64,000 nucleotides of DNA from Chiloscyllium plagiosum (lineage: Eukaryota): assembly GCF_004010195.1 (NCBI RefSeq), contig NC_057756.1:3628785-3692784 (forward strand), written 5' to 3'. Positions 25,713 to 37,289 of this stretch are shown piece after piece. A model generated the notes under the pieces. It was not told where the DNA came from, did not search any database, and was given only the letters and a program-made list of their open reading frames with translations. A program made the position numbers and the translations under genes. Position 1 is the stretch's first letter. The number at the start of each line of letters is the position of its first letter.

Positions 25713-27555
25713 CTTTTACTGCGACTTTTTGACAGGTTCCACATTTGACCTGTACAGGGCAATGTTGGTCAAATCATCTCGGGAAGGGGGTTGGGGTGTG
25801 GGGTTAGGTGGGGTTAGGGTACACTCCTCTGTAGAATACCAGGGAAAGGGTGGGCCGAAAGAGGGTGGGAGGTCAGCCATTTGAAGGCATCACTGTAAAC
25901 AAAAGACGTGATCACTTAGAAACAGGTCTCTGATGTAATGTTCCCATCGGGACATCGAGATGTCCTTCGAATAATCTGATTTTCAGATAATTCGTATTCA
26001 GATAATGGAGGTTCCATTGTCATTCCTTGGCTTGTACTTGCCACACTTTTTAAACAGTGGCACCACGTTAGCCAACCTCCAGTCTTCTAGCACTTCACCT
26101 GTGACGGTTGATGATGCAAATATCTCGGCAAGAGGCCCAGCAATCATTTCTCCAGCTTCCACAGAGTTCTAGTATAAATCTGATCATGTCCTGTGGATTT
26201 ATACACCTTTATACGTTTCAAGACATCCAGCGCTTCTTCTTCTGTGGTATGAACATTTGTTAAAGTGTCACCATCTATTTTCCGACATTCCAGATCTTCC
26301 ATAGATTTACTGTCAAATAACTAACACAATCCACATTTCCCAGTTCCAGTCTAATTTGGATGTAATTGGTCCTTCCAGGTTTAAGCAGATTCTCCGGAGG
26401 GCCAATCCTGCCATTGTCCGCAACTACTCGAAATTTTGTGCACTTATGGTCACTAAGATAAAAACGCCCTCCTACGGAAACATTAATCACCTTTCCTGGT
26501 TCGTTCCCTGATGCCAATTCTGGTATGGCCGCTGCTCTGCTTGGCTTGTCAACTTACTGTCTCAAAATCACTCCTGAACACATCTACAAATTGCTCTACA
26601 TGCGAGCAGGCTCTAAGGGAGTCACGGCCAGTAAAAGGAAAGTTGAAGTTTACCATTACAACTATCCTGCTTGTTCATGCCTTTACAGTATCTAACTATA
26701 TATCTAGTCCTTTGTGTCTCGTGGGCTATTCCAAGGTGCATAGAACACTCCAATATGGTGATTTCAAGATTCCTATCTTCGAGTTACGCCTATAATGCCT
26801 CACTGCAATATCCCTCCGTTGTGCACTCCATCAACACAGGTATGACATGATCGCTAATCACCAATGCAACAGCCCCATCCATTTTGTTCCCCTTTCTGTT
26901 GTATATAAAGCAGCAATATCCTGGAAGGTTATGCTGTCAGTTCTGTCTCTGCTTTATCCATGCGTCCGGAATAGAAATATAATTGTAATTTCATGCAGTA
27001 AAACATGGTTTATTTCATCGATTTTACTTCTTGCATTGTAGTAAATGCAATCTTACCGAAATATCTCTGTTGACTCTGAAGCATCACATCAGTTTCTTTT
27101 TTTTTCCAAATGCAATTGGTACCAGTCTGAACAACGAGCTCTCATTGCTCACGCTTCCCGTTGTGAATTTGTTGGATCTGCACCAGCATGTGGTACCATG
27201 CAAGGAACACACAATCCAGGATTTTCGTTCACCAACCGCAGAGACACCTGCCTGTGATTCTTACTAAAGTGTCCACAATCACAATTGCCTATTTGCACTT
27301 TCTCATGCCCTGATTAACAGCACAGCTAGCCGTAATATGCTCAAAAGATTTAATACCGTTCTTTAACGAGAAAGGGTTGTTTTCATCATTTAACATAAAA
27401 GTCTTGTTCAACAAGTTGATGGGAACAAGCTTTGAAAGTAAAGGAACATTCTGTGGAGTGATAATGAGCTGTCAAGTTCAACTGGAAATTGTGAGATTGG
27501 CCACATACAGAAAAAAGGATATTGCAAAATTTAAACATTAATTGTTTTCTTGAAG

Positions 27556-27581
27556 TCTACTGGTATCTAACTGCTGAAAGA
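27556..27581 (+). CDS. Speculative 26-nt exon (xYWYLTAER)
   Basis: Acceptor ttgttttcttgaag, donor AGA|gtaagt. Confidence 0.25.
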
Positions 27582-28017
27582 GTAAGTCGTTAATATCTAA
27601 TAAACTAATGATATAAATGGCAATTAACACTTAATTTTTAACATGTAGGTTGTATTGTGTATTTTTTTTAACAATTGCAAATTTAAAACATTGCAGATGC
27701 ATGCGCAGGGTACTTGAAAATTCTACAACACTGTAACTGTGAAATAACTTACTGCCTCTTGCCATCAGTGAAGTCAATTGATGTTGCTTGCCGAAAGGTC
27801 GATGTACAATTACTTAGGGACACAAAGGCAAAACCGTTCTTGAATGCAAAAGTCCATTATTTTCCGGTATACACTGTAAACATTTATTAAGATTTGACGC
27901 TGGGTATACCTAATTAATTTTTTTTGGAATATTTGATGTGAGGGCAATATCAATTGGTCTGATTCCGTTTCGAAATTTTGGTTAGGTTGATCTTCAAATT
28001 TTAATTATACTTCGCAG

Positions 28018-28053
28018 AGAGAATTTATGGAATTATTCAAATGTTCTAACACG
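28018..28053 (+). CDS. Speculative 36-nt exon with GC donor (REFMELFKCSNT in phase 0)
   Basis: Acceptor ttatacttcgcag, donor ACG|gcaagt. Confidence 0.25.
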
Positions 28054-28149
28054 GCAAGTGATCTTTAGTTTGGTTGTTGCTGCTGACAGCTGAATAGGAA
28101 TATAGAACAAATCAATTTTCACATTCGAAATATTTTCCCAAGAATAATA

Positions 28150-29452
28150 ATACAGATGTAATTTCAATACGTGAAAACAATATCTAGACAGGAATAAATC
28201 GATTATGTATAATCAACGCGGTTTTGTGAAGCGTATATCGTGATTCACAAACTTTATTTATTTCTTTGAAAAGGTGACCAGGCAGTTGGATGAGGGTAAA
28301 GCAGTTGATGTGGTGCATTTGGATTTCAGTAAGGCGTTTGATAATGTTCTCACTTTAGGGTATTGAACCAAATACGGACGCATGTGATTGAAGGTGATGT
28401 AAACGTTTGGATCATAAATTAGCTAGTTGAAAGTAGAAAGAGGGTGATGGGAAATCTTCATCCAGGAGTTCAGTTACAAGTGGGGTACCTCAACGATCTG
28501 TTTTGGATCCACTTTTGTTTGTCATTTATATAAATGTCGGTGAGAGCATAGAAGGATAGCTTCATAAATTTATGGATGACAGTAATTTCGGTAGACTTAT
28601 GGATATTGACAAAGAATGGTGCAGGTTAAAGAGAGACACAGATAAGCAGCAGAGCTGGGTTGAGAGTGGCAAATTGCGTTTAATGTGGAAAAGTGTGCGG
28701 TAATTCACTTGGAAGGAGTAACAGGAATGCAGAATACTGGGCTAATGGTAAGATGCTTGGTTGTGCAAATGAGCAGAGAGGTCTCCGTGTCCAAGTACAT
28801 AGATCTTTGAAAGTTGCCACCCAGGTTGATAGAGCTGGAATGACTACATCGGGCGTGTTAGCATTTGTTGTTAGAGGAATTGAGTTTCAGAACCATTCAG
28901 TAGCTGTGCAAAACTCTGATGTGGCCACATTTGGAGTATTAGGTACTGTTATAGTCACAGCATTATAGGAAGGATGTGGGAGGTTTGCAAAAGTTTCAGT
29001 GGGGATTTACCAAGATGTTGCCTGGGCTGGAGGGAAGGTCTTCCTAGGAAAGGCTGAAGGACTTGAGGCTGTTTTCGTTAACGGGAAGAACTTTGGGAGC
29101 CATCTTAATTGAGACATATAAGATAATCTAACGACCAGAAAGTTGGTGAGTGACAGCCTTTTCCCTCGGATGATGATGGCTCGCACGAGGGTACATAGCT
29201 TTAAATTGTACGGTGATAAATATAGGACATATGTCAGAGGTAGTTTATCTAATCAGAGAGTAGTAGGGGCGTGGAACGCACTGCCTGCAACAGTATGCTA
29301 TTCGTCAAATTTAAATGCATGTAAATGGTCATTAGATAGACATATGGACGAGAATAGACGAGGCTAGCTTAGACAGGTTTTAGAGTAGTTCTACGGGTCG
29401 ACACAGCATCGATGGCCAAGGGGCCTGTGCTGAGCTGTACTGTTCTATGTTT
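28150..29452 (+). mobile_element. CR1 3' fragment (RT to 3' tail)
   Basis: gatttcagtaaggcgtttgat (DFSKAFD), HRSLKVATQVDRA, VVGAWNALP; ends tgttctatgt. Confidence 0.9.
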
Positions 29453-29719
29453 TATTTGAAGATTCTCACCCTTTTGCGATATTTACTAATTCACAGAATT
29501 ATAATGTCGAAAAAAAATGTTATTTTTAAAATTGATTAGATACACAGACAAATCCAAACAAAATTCGATGGGAACACAATGCAAAGTGGTACTGAATGGG
29601 AATACGCTTTTCAGAATGTATGTTTGTTATTTGATCTCCTGTAACGGCTTCGAATTAGTCATGCCTGTAGGTAATAGCATGGGCTGCAAACTTACATCCA
29701 TCCTTTTATGCCTACACAG

Positions 29720-29740
29720 AAATCGAAAAGTATAAACAAG
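29720..29740 (+). CDS. 21-nt heptad microexon candidate (phase 1: EIEKYKQ)
   Basis: ccttttatgcctacacag|AAATCGAAAAGTATAAACAAG|gtaaga. Confidence 0.55.
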
Positions 29741-30286
29741 GTAAGAATGCATGTTGTTGCTTCCAGCAATATTTGTAACTTGGGAATCGGATATGTTAAC
29801 GAAACGTTGCAAACTCTAATAACATATACAAGACCCCAAAGTGACTGGTTGCACCATGAATCAGTATAATTTGCAAACTGTTATGAAATCATGTCGGTAT
29901 GTGTAATGTTAACTTCAAAATGTATGCCATTTTTGCGTGTTCTTTTCAATGCGTCTGTTGAAAGATTTCACGTTGTTTGCCTCTGTGCTTTATGTTCCGG
30001 AGGTGTGGATAGGCGTGGGGGATTGAGGCGTAGGGGAGGAACGTTGTGACTGAAAGGAAGTGTAATAGAGAGCAGCAGCAAATGAGAACTGGCGAGTGCG
30101 TAAAATGGAACAAGAAGATTAAGATAATCGAGAACACAGAATATCGGAAGCAACCATTCATCCAAGCATAAGCACGCAAAAGGCTCAAAAAACTTGAGTA
30201 TCTGTGTCTGTGTCTGTGTCTTTGCTTGTGTGTGTGTCTGTGGATGGGGCATACCTTTTTATGTCTGATGTACATGTGAATTATAG

Positions 30287-30319
30287 AAAATGCTAAGCTC
30301 TGGCAAAGCTTACAGGCAG
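30287..30319 (+). CDS. 33-nt microexon candidate (phase 1: ENAKLWQSLQA)
   Basis: aattatag|AAAATGCTAAGCTCTGGCAAAGCTTACAGGCAG|gtaaat; weak pyrimidine tract. Confidence 0.4.
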
Positions 30320-31254
30320 GTAAATCGATTCCAATTGCCAAATTTCTGAAACCAACACTTCATAATAAAGCAAAGTTTCTTATTACCGCTATACACTATA
30401 GGCGCAGGAGTGACAGATTTCTCATTCTGTGATTCGATCACGATGTCTGCAACATTATTCAAATCCATTTACATCATGGGATACCCTCGACTGATTAGTG
30501 TATAACCAAGTAAATCCATGGAAAATAACAATCCCTATTGCCTTAAACATTATCTCAATTGCCTTGACACGAGAGTCCGAAAACAAAAAGGATTGCAAGC
30601 AACTATGAATTGAATGTTGCAGTTAATAGTGCAACTTTGTTAGAACACTATTATAAAAATGCATGCCCATTCTAGCTTATGAAACCTTCATTTTTAAGCG
30701 TGCATTATGGTCTGACATTTTAAATGTTTTTTTAAAACATGAAAGAAATGCAGATTTGTTTTCATTCTATAACCAGGTTAGAATCAGTTAATTCAGTTAT
30801 TTTGAATGTTTTCATAGAATTTTTTTGTTGACTGTTTTTGGGTCTCTCAGAATCATTACATTGTTCACAATTATTTGCGTTCTTGCAGTCGATCCTTCAA
30901 AAACAGGAATATGACAGTTGTTATTAAGTCTGTTAAACAGGACTGTAGGGGTCACAACATTGACTGCGCACTTGGAAACATGGAACAAATTCAAGTTGCT
31001 TTCAAGCGAAAATTCTGTTTTCAACCACCTTGAACTTGGTGTTTGATAACAGCATGACCGGGCTTGCTGTGACACCGAATTTCATGATTTCCGATATTTC
31101 AAAAGGATTTCATAAATTATTACACTCTGGTTCATATGAGGATGAGCCAAACACGCATTAACAATGTAAGAATGAGGTGAAAGTATGTGCGAAAGATCGT
31201 AAGCGAATGACAGCGCTGCTAAGAAAAAAAAATAGAAAAGGCAGACAGTGGATG

Positions 31255-31420
31255 AAATAGCAAAGGGGGAGAGATAGACAGAGGCAGAGGGGGCGAGAGA
31301 GCAATTTGGAAAGACAGAGAGAAAGAGAATCATATCGAGAGAGACACCATGACACAATCAATGAAAGAGACAGACAGGCAGAAACGGAGAGACAGATACT
31401 GAGAACCAGACAAAGACAAA
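31255..31420. repeat. GA-rich low-complexity repeat
   Basis: gagagatagacagaggcagag... imperfect GA/GACA iterations. Confidence 0.7.
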
Positions 31421-32329
31421 GAAAACAATTGTTTTTAAAAAGTGTGGTCTACCACGAATACGAAATCTGAGAGCAAAACAGGGTGCACACTTTTTATGCT
31501 TTTGCTAATTATATTTTCTCTTTCACTTTATCACTGTATTTTGGCATTGTTGGCTTATGCATCAGTTGCAGTCTTTGAGCAGGTGCTGGTCAGCGAGGAT
31601 ATGGGATAACTCATTTGGCAAGATAATTGACACTAACATTAATGGTCCAATTCGCATTATAGTAAGATTACCATAAAGATCCCACCTTCTCAATTTACAA
31701 AACCTTTGCCTCATGCATGTAGTTTTTTTTTCAGTTTCCACTCACTACCAGTTCTCACTCAGAGATAAGAGAGAAGTCCTCATAGTTTGTGGTAACGTTC
31801 CTTTTTATCCTTCTGCATTGGTTACTTGTTTGGAATACGTATGCAAGGAAAGCAATTCGCCACCTGCCATGGAATGAATGGTGCCATTACCAGTGTAACA
31901 GGATGAGTCATTTTCACTGAGATATTGGCATGTTCGCTGTCACACTTGCTGCTTTTTCTTGCCATCTAAATGGTAGCAGCCGTGGAGTTGGAATGTACTG
32001 CCTGATGAGCTTTCTTGAATAATATAGTGTGAACTCTAGATGGTACAGCCGGTTGCTTCTGAACGTTGGTGCTGGTGGTGTCCGGTTTAGGCAGTGGGCA
32101 GTGTAGGAGAGAGAATACTGGATTGTCATACATTGTCCGAACCTTGAGATGATTTTAAGTAAAATTTTCTAATGGCATGTAGGAGCATGGCAAAACAATC
32201 GTCATTTATGTGCATTTTACCATGGACAGGCTTTGCAGAATTGGCTGTTAAGAGAATCGATGCAGGATTCTGAGGTTTTCGATTATCTTTTTGGAGAGCA
32301 TATTATCATGAATTTTCAAGTAGGTTAAA

Positions 32330-33440
32330 ATCAAAAGTAAAAATTACAAAGAGTAGAGGTCCAAGGACAAAGCCCTGTGGAACAACACTCACCACTGACT
32401 TCCAGGCAGAATACTTTCCTTCTATTACCACTCGCTGTGTCTGTTCACAAGCCAATTCTGTATCCAGACAGCTAAGTTCGCTGTATCCCATTCCTCCTGA
32501 CCTTCTGAATGAGCCTATCATGGGGAACCTTATCAAATACCTTGATGAAGTCCACATACAACACATCCACAGCTCGACCCTCATCATTTTTTCTAGTCAC
32601 ATCCTCAAAGAAGCCCATAAGGTTTGTGAAGCATGACCTGCCCCTCACAAAGCCGTGTTGACTGCATTTAATCAAGCCATGCTCTTCCAGATGGTCATAA
32701 ATCCTATCCCTCAGAATCCTTTCTAACACCTTGCAGAAGACAGACGTGAGACTTACTGGTCTGTAATTGCCGGGGATTTCCCTATTTCCTTTCTTGAAGA
32801 GAGAAATTACATTTGCCTCTCTCCAGTCTTCAGATACTGGAGTCTTCAGACTCCAGTGGAGAGTGAGGGTGCAAAGATCTTCGGAAGTGGTGAAGCAATC
32901 GCATTTCTCGTTTCCCAAAGCAGCCGAGGACAAATCTGGTCCGGGCCTGGCGACGTGTCAATCTTAATGTTTGACAAAATTTTCAGCACATCAGCTTCCT
33001 CTCTCTCTATCCATTCCAGCATGCACACCTGCTCTTCAAAGGTTTCATTCACTACAAAGTTCGTTTCTTTCATAACGACAGATGCAAAAAACTTATTTAG
33101 GGCTTCCCACGCCTCCTCAGACTCCACACATAAGTTCCCAATGCTATCCCTGATCGGCCCTCCTCTTTCTTTGACAGTTCTATTATTCCTCACATAAGTG
33201 TAAGATGTCTTTGTGTTCTCCCTAATCCGTTCTGCCAAGCTTTACTCGTGCCCCCTCCTGCCTCTCCTCAGACCATTTTTGTGCTCCTTCCTCGCCTGCC
33301 TGTAATCCTCTAGAGCTGAGCTTGACCCTAGCTTCCTCCACCTTATGTAAGCCACCTTCTTCCTTTTGACGAGAAGCTCCACCTCTCTCGTCATCCAATG
33401 TTCCTTTATCTTACCCCTTCTTGCCTGTCTCAGAGGGAAA
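32330..33440 (-). mobile_element. Relatively young CR1 internal RT fragment
   Basis: Minus ORFs 32472-32933 (NYRPVSLTS..FDKVPH) and 32306-32587 (VPQGFVLGPLLF). Confidence 0.95.
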
Positions 33441-33764
33441 AGTATTTTAGTTCTTCAAAGAAAATCGGTTGGAATATATTATTCTTTTCGTTAAACTTTT
33501 TTTTTGTATTTTTGGAGGAATTTTCTTGAACTTTCACAGTTCACAATAATGATTCAATATTTGCAGAAGTGGAACTTCTCTTCAGTTAAATTTACACAAT
33601 GTGACGAGTTGACGTTGATCTGAATAATTTATGTGACATGAGCTCTGCTAATCTGTTGACAAACGTGAGTCTTAATTACATCCCTGCTCATGTCTCGGGT
33701 TAGTAGTGTAATTGGAATTTAAAATATGTGGAAATTCCATAATGTAACTTTTGTGCTCCGACAG

Positions 33765-33785
33765 AACTTATGCAAGCAAAAGCAG
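33765..33785 (+). CDS. 21-nt heptad microexon candidate (phase 1: ELMQAKA)
   Basis: cttttgtgctccgacag|AACTTATGCAAGCAAAAGCAG|gtaaga. Confidence 0.55.
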
Positions 33786-34894
33786 GTAAGAGCGCACATT
33801 ATTGTTGTCTGTGCAGAAAACAAATTAACAGAATCCATCGTTCAAAGTATTCTGCCAAATTACAATGACTGAACTAAGAGACTTACAACGCAAAGTACAC
33901 AATTCCCATTTCTATTCCTGCTGCTTTACATTAGAAATTCATCGTTGAATTGTACTGGTGCAATCTGCATCACGTGATAGGTGGTTGCAACAATAATATA
34001 TGTCTGTGTTTCAGGACATTTGCATCGTGCTATTCCTTAATGTTGGTGTACCTATTTGCTTAAGAGCAGGTGCTATGCATTAGAGCAAACTCATCACAAA
34101 ATGGTAACGAGGTAGCCTGAACTCATCTTATTCTACTCTTTGAAGGCAAATGAAAGGCGTTGCGTTCTGGATGCAGTTCGATTCATGAAAATCCGGGGCT
34201 TGAAATAACGTGCAAATGATACTTACAGTACTGTTAAAATACAATCAAATTAATGAATAAATGGACACTTAACGCTCCATAAACCCTTAACTGGATAACC
34301 AGTCGTTTAACTGCTAACCAACACCTGTTGCCAAATGGTAACTACACAGGCATGTAGAATTGTTCAAGGCAAATTCATGTATGTTTCACATGCAAGTGTC
34401 ACCCCAGCACGAAAAAAAAAGAAAACTGAGAGTAAAAAAGGAAGTTCATGTGTAACACGTTTGGCTGTACAGCTGCTTCCAAATTTCAAACCATAAAGAA
34501 AATGAAACTAAATTCCTTGTTCTGTGGGAGTTTGATCCTACCCCTTCATGCTTCATAGGAATGGAAGATAATCAAAGCATCGCAAACGGATTATTTCACT
34601 AGCATGGAAGAGACCGCTCATTCACTCTATTTCAGAATTGGTCATAACAAAAATGTACAAAATATACTTTTTAACGTTATGGCAGCATCACATTCGCGAG
34701 TTAGATAATGAAAGTTCAGGGAGTGGACGGTGCAATTCAGTACAATTTTTAATTATTCAATTGATTATTCTTCTGACAGAGGAAATTGTATATTGTCTAT
34801 TATCCAAATTTGTAGGTTGTCAATTGCAAAATAATTAAAGTCACGATGTAACATAAATTTTGTATTGCTACGAATTGGAGATAGATATTTGCAG

Positions 34895-34915
34895 AGCTGT
34901 TATTGTGAGAAAGAG
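34895..34915 (+). other. 21-nt microexon candidate with an in-frame TGA in phase 1 (ELLL*ER)
   Basis: atatttgcag|AGCTGTTATTGTGAGAAAGAG|gtaatc. Confidence 0.3.
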
Positions 34916-35108
34916 GTAATCTTCCCTCCTTCCTTCGGAAGGACTAGAAATGCAAGGAAAAATATAATTTACTTGAAGAATATGAACAGCGGAGAATAAG
35001 CTGGCGAATCTGTAATCAAGATGACACGTTGTGACCCAGATTGTTCTTGCAACATTCATACTCTGTTTTGTGATCCTGAATACATGTTCAGAGAGTTTGA
35101 TTCTTATA

Positions 35109-36078
35109 CTCTGTTCGTTTATGGTCCAGAAGAAAAGCATGAGCCACACAACAGAAGAGATTGTTCACTATCACTCCTCAACAACTTTAAGTCCGGCTAT
35201 ATTCAACAATGTTGCAAGAGATGAGACAAAAATTGCGGTGACCCTGGCAGATGTTTTTGCATCATTATTCAACATGTGCGAGGTCCTGAAAGACAAGAAG
35301 GTAGTGAATGGTATGTTATTCAAGAAGGCCTGCAAACAATAATCTAGTAAATACAGACTAGAAACCAAAAATCTGTGCTCAATGAGTTATTTGAGAAAAT
35401 TCAGAGGGATTAGATATACATGTATTTGAGAAAATTCAGAGGGATTAGATATACATGTATTTGGAAAGGCCAACATTGATTACGAATATTCAGTATGGCT
35501 TTGTGCTTGGGCGATCATGCCTCACAAATTTATTAGAGTTCTTTGACGAAGCGACCATGAAGGTTGACAAGCTCTGTTCGTTTATGGTCCAGAAGAAAAG
35601 CATGAGCCACACAACAGAAGAGCTTCTTCACTATCACTCCTCAACAACTTTAAGTCCGGCTATATTCAACAATGTTGCAAGAGATGAGACAAGAAATTGC
35701 GGTGACCCTGGCAGATGTTTTTGCATCATTATTCAACATGTGCGAGGTCCTGAAAGACTAGAAGGTAGTGAATGGTATGTTATTGAAGAAGGCCTGCAAA
35801 CAATAATCTAGTAAGTACAGACTGGAAACCAAAAATCTGTGCTCAATGAGTTATTTGAGAAAATTCAGAGGGATTAGATATACATGTATTTGGAAAGGCC
35901 AACATTGATTACGAATATTCAGTATGGCTTTGTGCTTTGGCGATCATGCCTCACAAATTTATTAGAGTTCTTTGACGAAGCGACCATGAAGGTTGACAAG
36001 TATGGCTTTGTGCTTGGGCGATCATGCCTCACAAATTTATTAGAGTTCTTTGACGAAGCGACCATGAAGGTTGACAAG
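35109..36078 (+). repeat. Nested tandem duplications (~430 bp, 35 bp and 78 bp units) over a CR1 fragment and its flank
   Basis: 35109-35571 versus 35572-36000; 35388-35422 repeated at 35423-35457; 35923-36000 repeated at 36001-36078. Confidence 0.9.
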
Positions 36079-36750
36079 GGGAGGGTGATAGACCTCGTCT
36101 ATATGGATCACAGTGAGTCCTTCATATTACATGGTGGCTGTAATTATATTGTTACCGACCACCTACAAATTTGGATAATAGTCAATATACACTTTCATCT
36201 CTGTCAGACGAATAATCAGTTAAAAGTAAAAATTGTACTGATTTGCACCATCCCTTGCCCGAACTTGCATTATCTCACTTGCGATTGTGATTAAGCTATG
36301 ACGTTAAAGGATGGATTTTGTAAGATATTGTAGGGAAAAATTCTGAACCAGTGCGAAAGTGCATTCACTTCAATGTTAATGAAAGCTATGCTGCTGTGGA
36401 TGATTAGATCTCATGGAATCCAGGGGGAGCTGTCAAATTAGGTACAAGGTTATCTTGGTGGAAGGAAGCAGAAGGTAATTGTAGAAAGACTGGACTCCTG
36501 TAACTCGTGGTATGGCTCAGGAGTCGGTGCTGTGGCCATTGCTGTTTGTTATTCATGTCAACGGTCTGGATGAGAATATACAATACATGACGGAAAACTT
36601 TGCATGTGGCACTAATATAGGAGGTATCTTGGACAGTGAAGAAGGTTGTCAGAAATTGTAGCAGACCTTGATTAGACGGAGATGTGCTTCGAGATACGGC
36701 AAGTGGAGATTAATATAGATAGGTTTGAGGCTTGATCTTTATAAAATCAA
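35200..36750 (+). mobile_element. Degenerate CR1 RT fragment, interrupted at ~36120-36385
   Basis: QYGFVLGRSCLTNLLEFFDE; DLVYMD; PQ-like region near 36510. Confidence 0.8.
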
Positions 36751-37164
36751 ATTAAGGAGCAGATTTATCAAACCAAGTGGATCTGAAAAGCATTGCCATG
36801 CACTTAAATGTAAAATAAGAAATTAACTGAGTCGAGTTTATCACTTTAATATATTTGATAGAATTTAGTCTGTTGCATAACATAGAGCTGTGAATATGGG
36901 AGAGAAAGTGATCTTGAGTATGAATTGGATGCAGCACGATGAAACCGTTAAGAAGAAAATGATTTGTTATGATTTAGAAAGTTGCATGTGCCAGAAGCGA
37001 AAGCCAGGCCTATTAAATATTAACAGTTGAATGCTCAGATTCGCAGAATAAATTTAAAAGCATTTGATTTTGAAAGCCATCAGCAGCTAGTGTCACAGGA
37101 TATTGACAATGTTAATTGACTATATATGTTTTCGTGTGTATATGAGTGTGCATGTCTGCGTGTA

Positions 37165-37166
37165 TA

Positions 37167-37213
<47 letters not shown>

Positions 37214-37250
37214 TATGCAATATATAAAACACACACACACACACATACAA
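37165..37250. repeat. (TA)n/(CA)n microsatellite
   Basis: Visible dinucleotide runs. Confidence 0.95.
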
Positions 37251-37289
37251 ACATATATTGAAAATGAACATTGTCAATATCCTGGAAAC

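Larger units (their letters stand above)
24670..26019. mobile_element. pogo/Tigger-type (Tc1-mariner) non-autonomous DNA transposon inserted at a TA site
   Basis: Left TA|CAGGGAAACCACGATTATCCGAA and right TTCAGATAATGGAGGTTCCATTG|TC form imperfect TIRs; subterminal GATAAT repeats. Confidence 0.8.
24470..27330 (-). mobile_element. CR1 LINE fragment (RT N-terminus, endonuclease, ORF1 remnants) split by a DNA transposon
   Basis: Minus ORFs YRPVSLTSVVGKVFEGILRDR and SCFTNLIQFFEEVTKLI; CR1 sequence is colinear across 24669/26020. Confidence 0.85.

Noticed and set aside
24793..25884. Long ORFs of 264-332 aa in the ORF track
   Set aside because: Artefacts of the N gap, the (CA)n run and C-rich low complexity
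27743..27864. Minus-strand exon-like segment with tttacag acceptor and gtaagt donor
   Set aside because: Stops in all three frames
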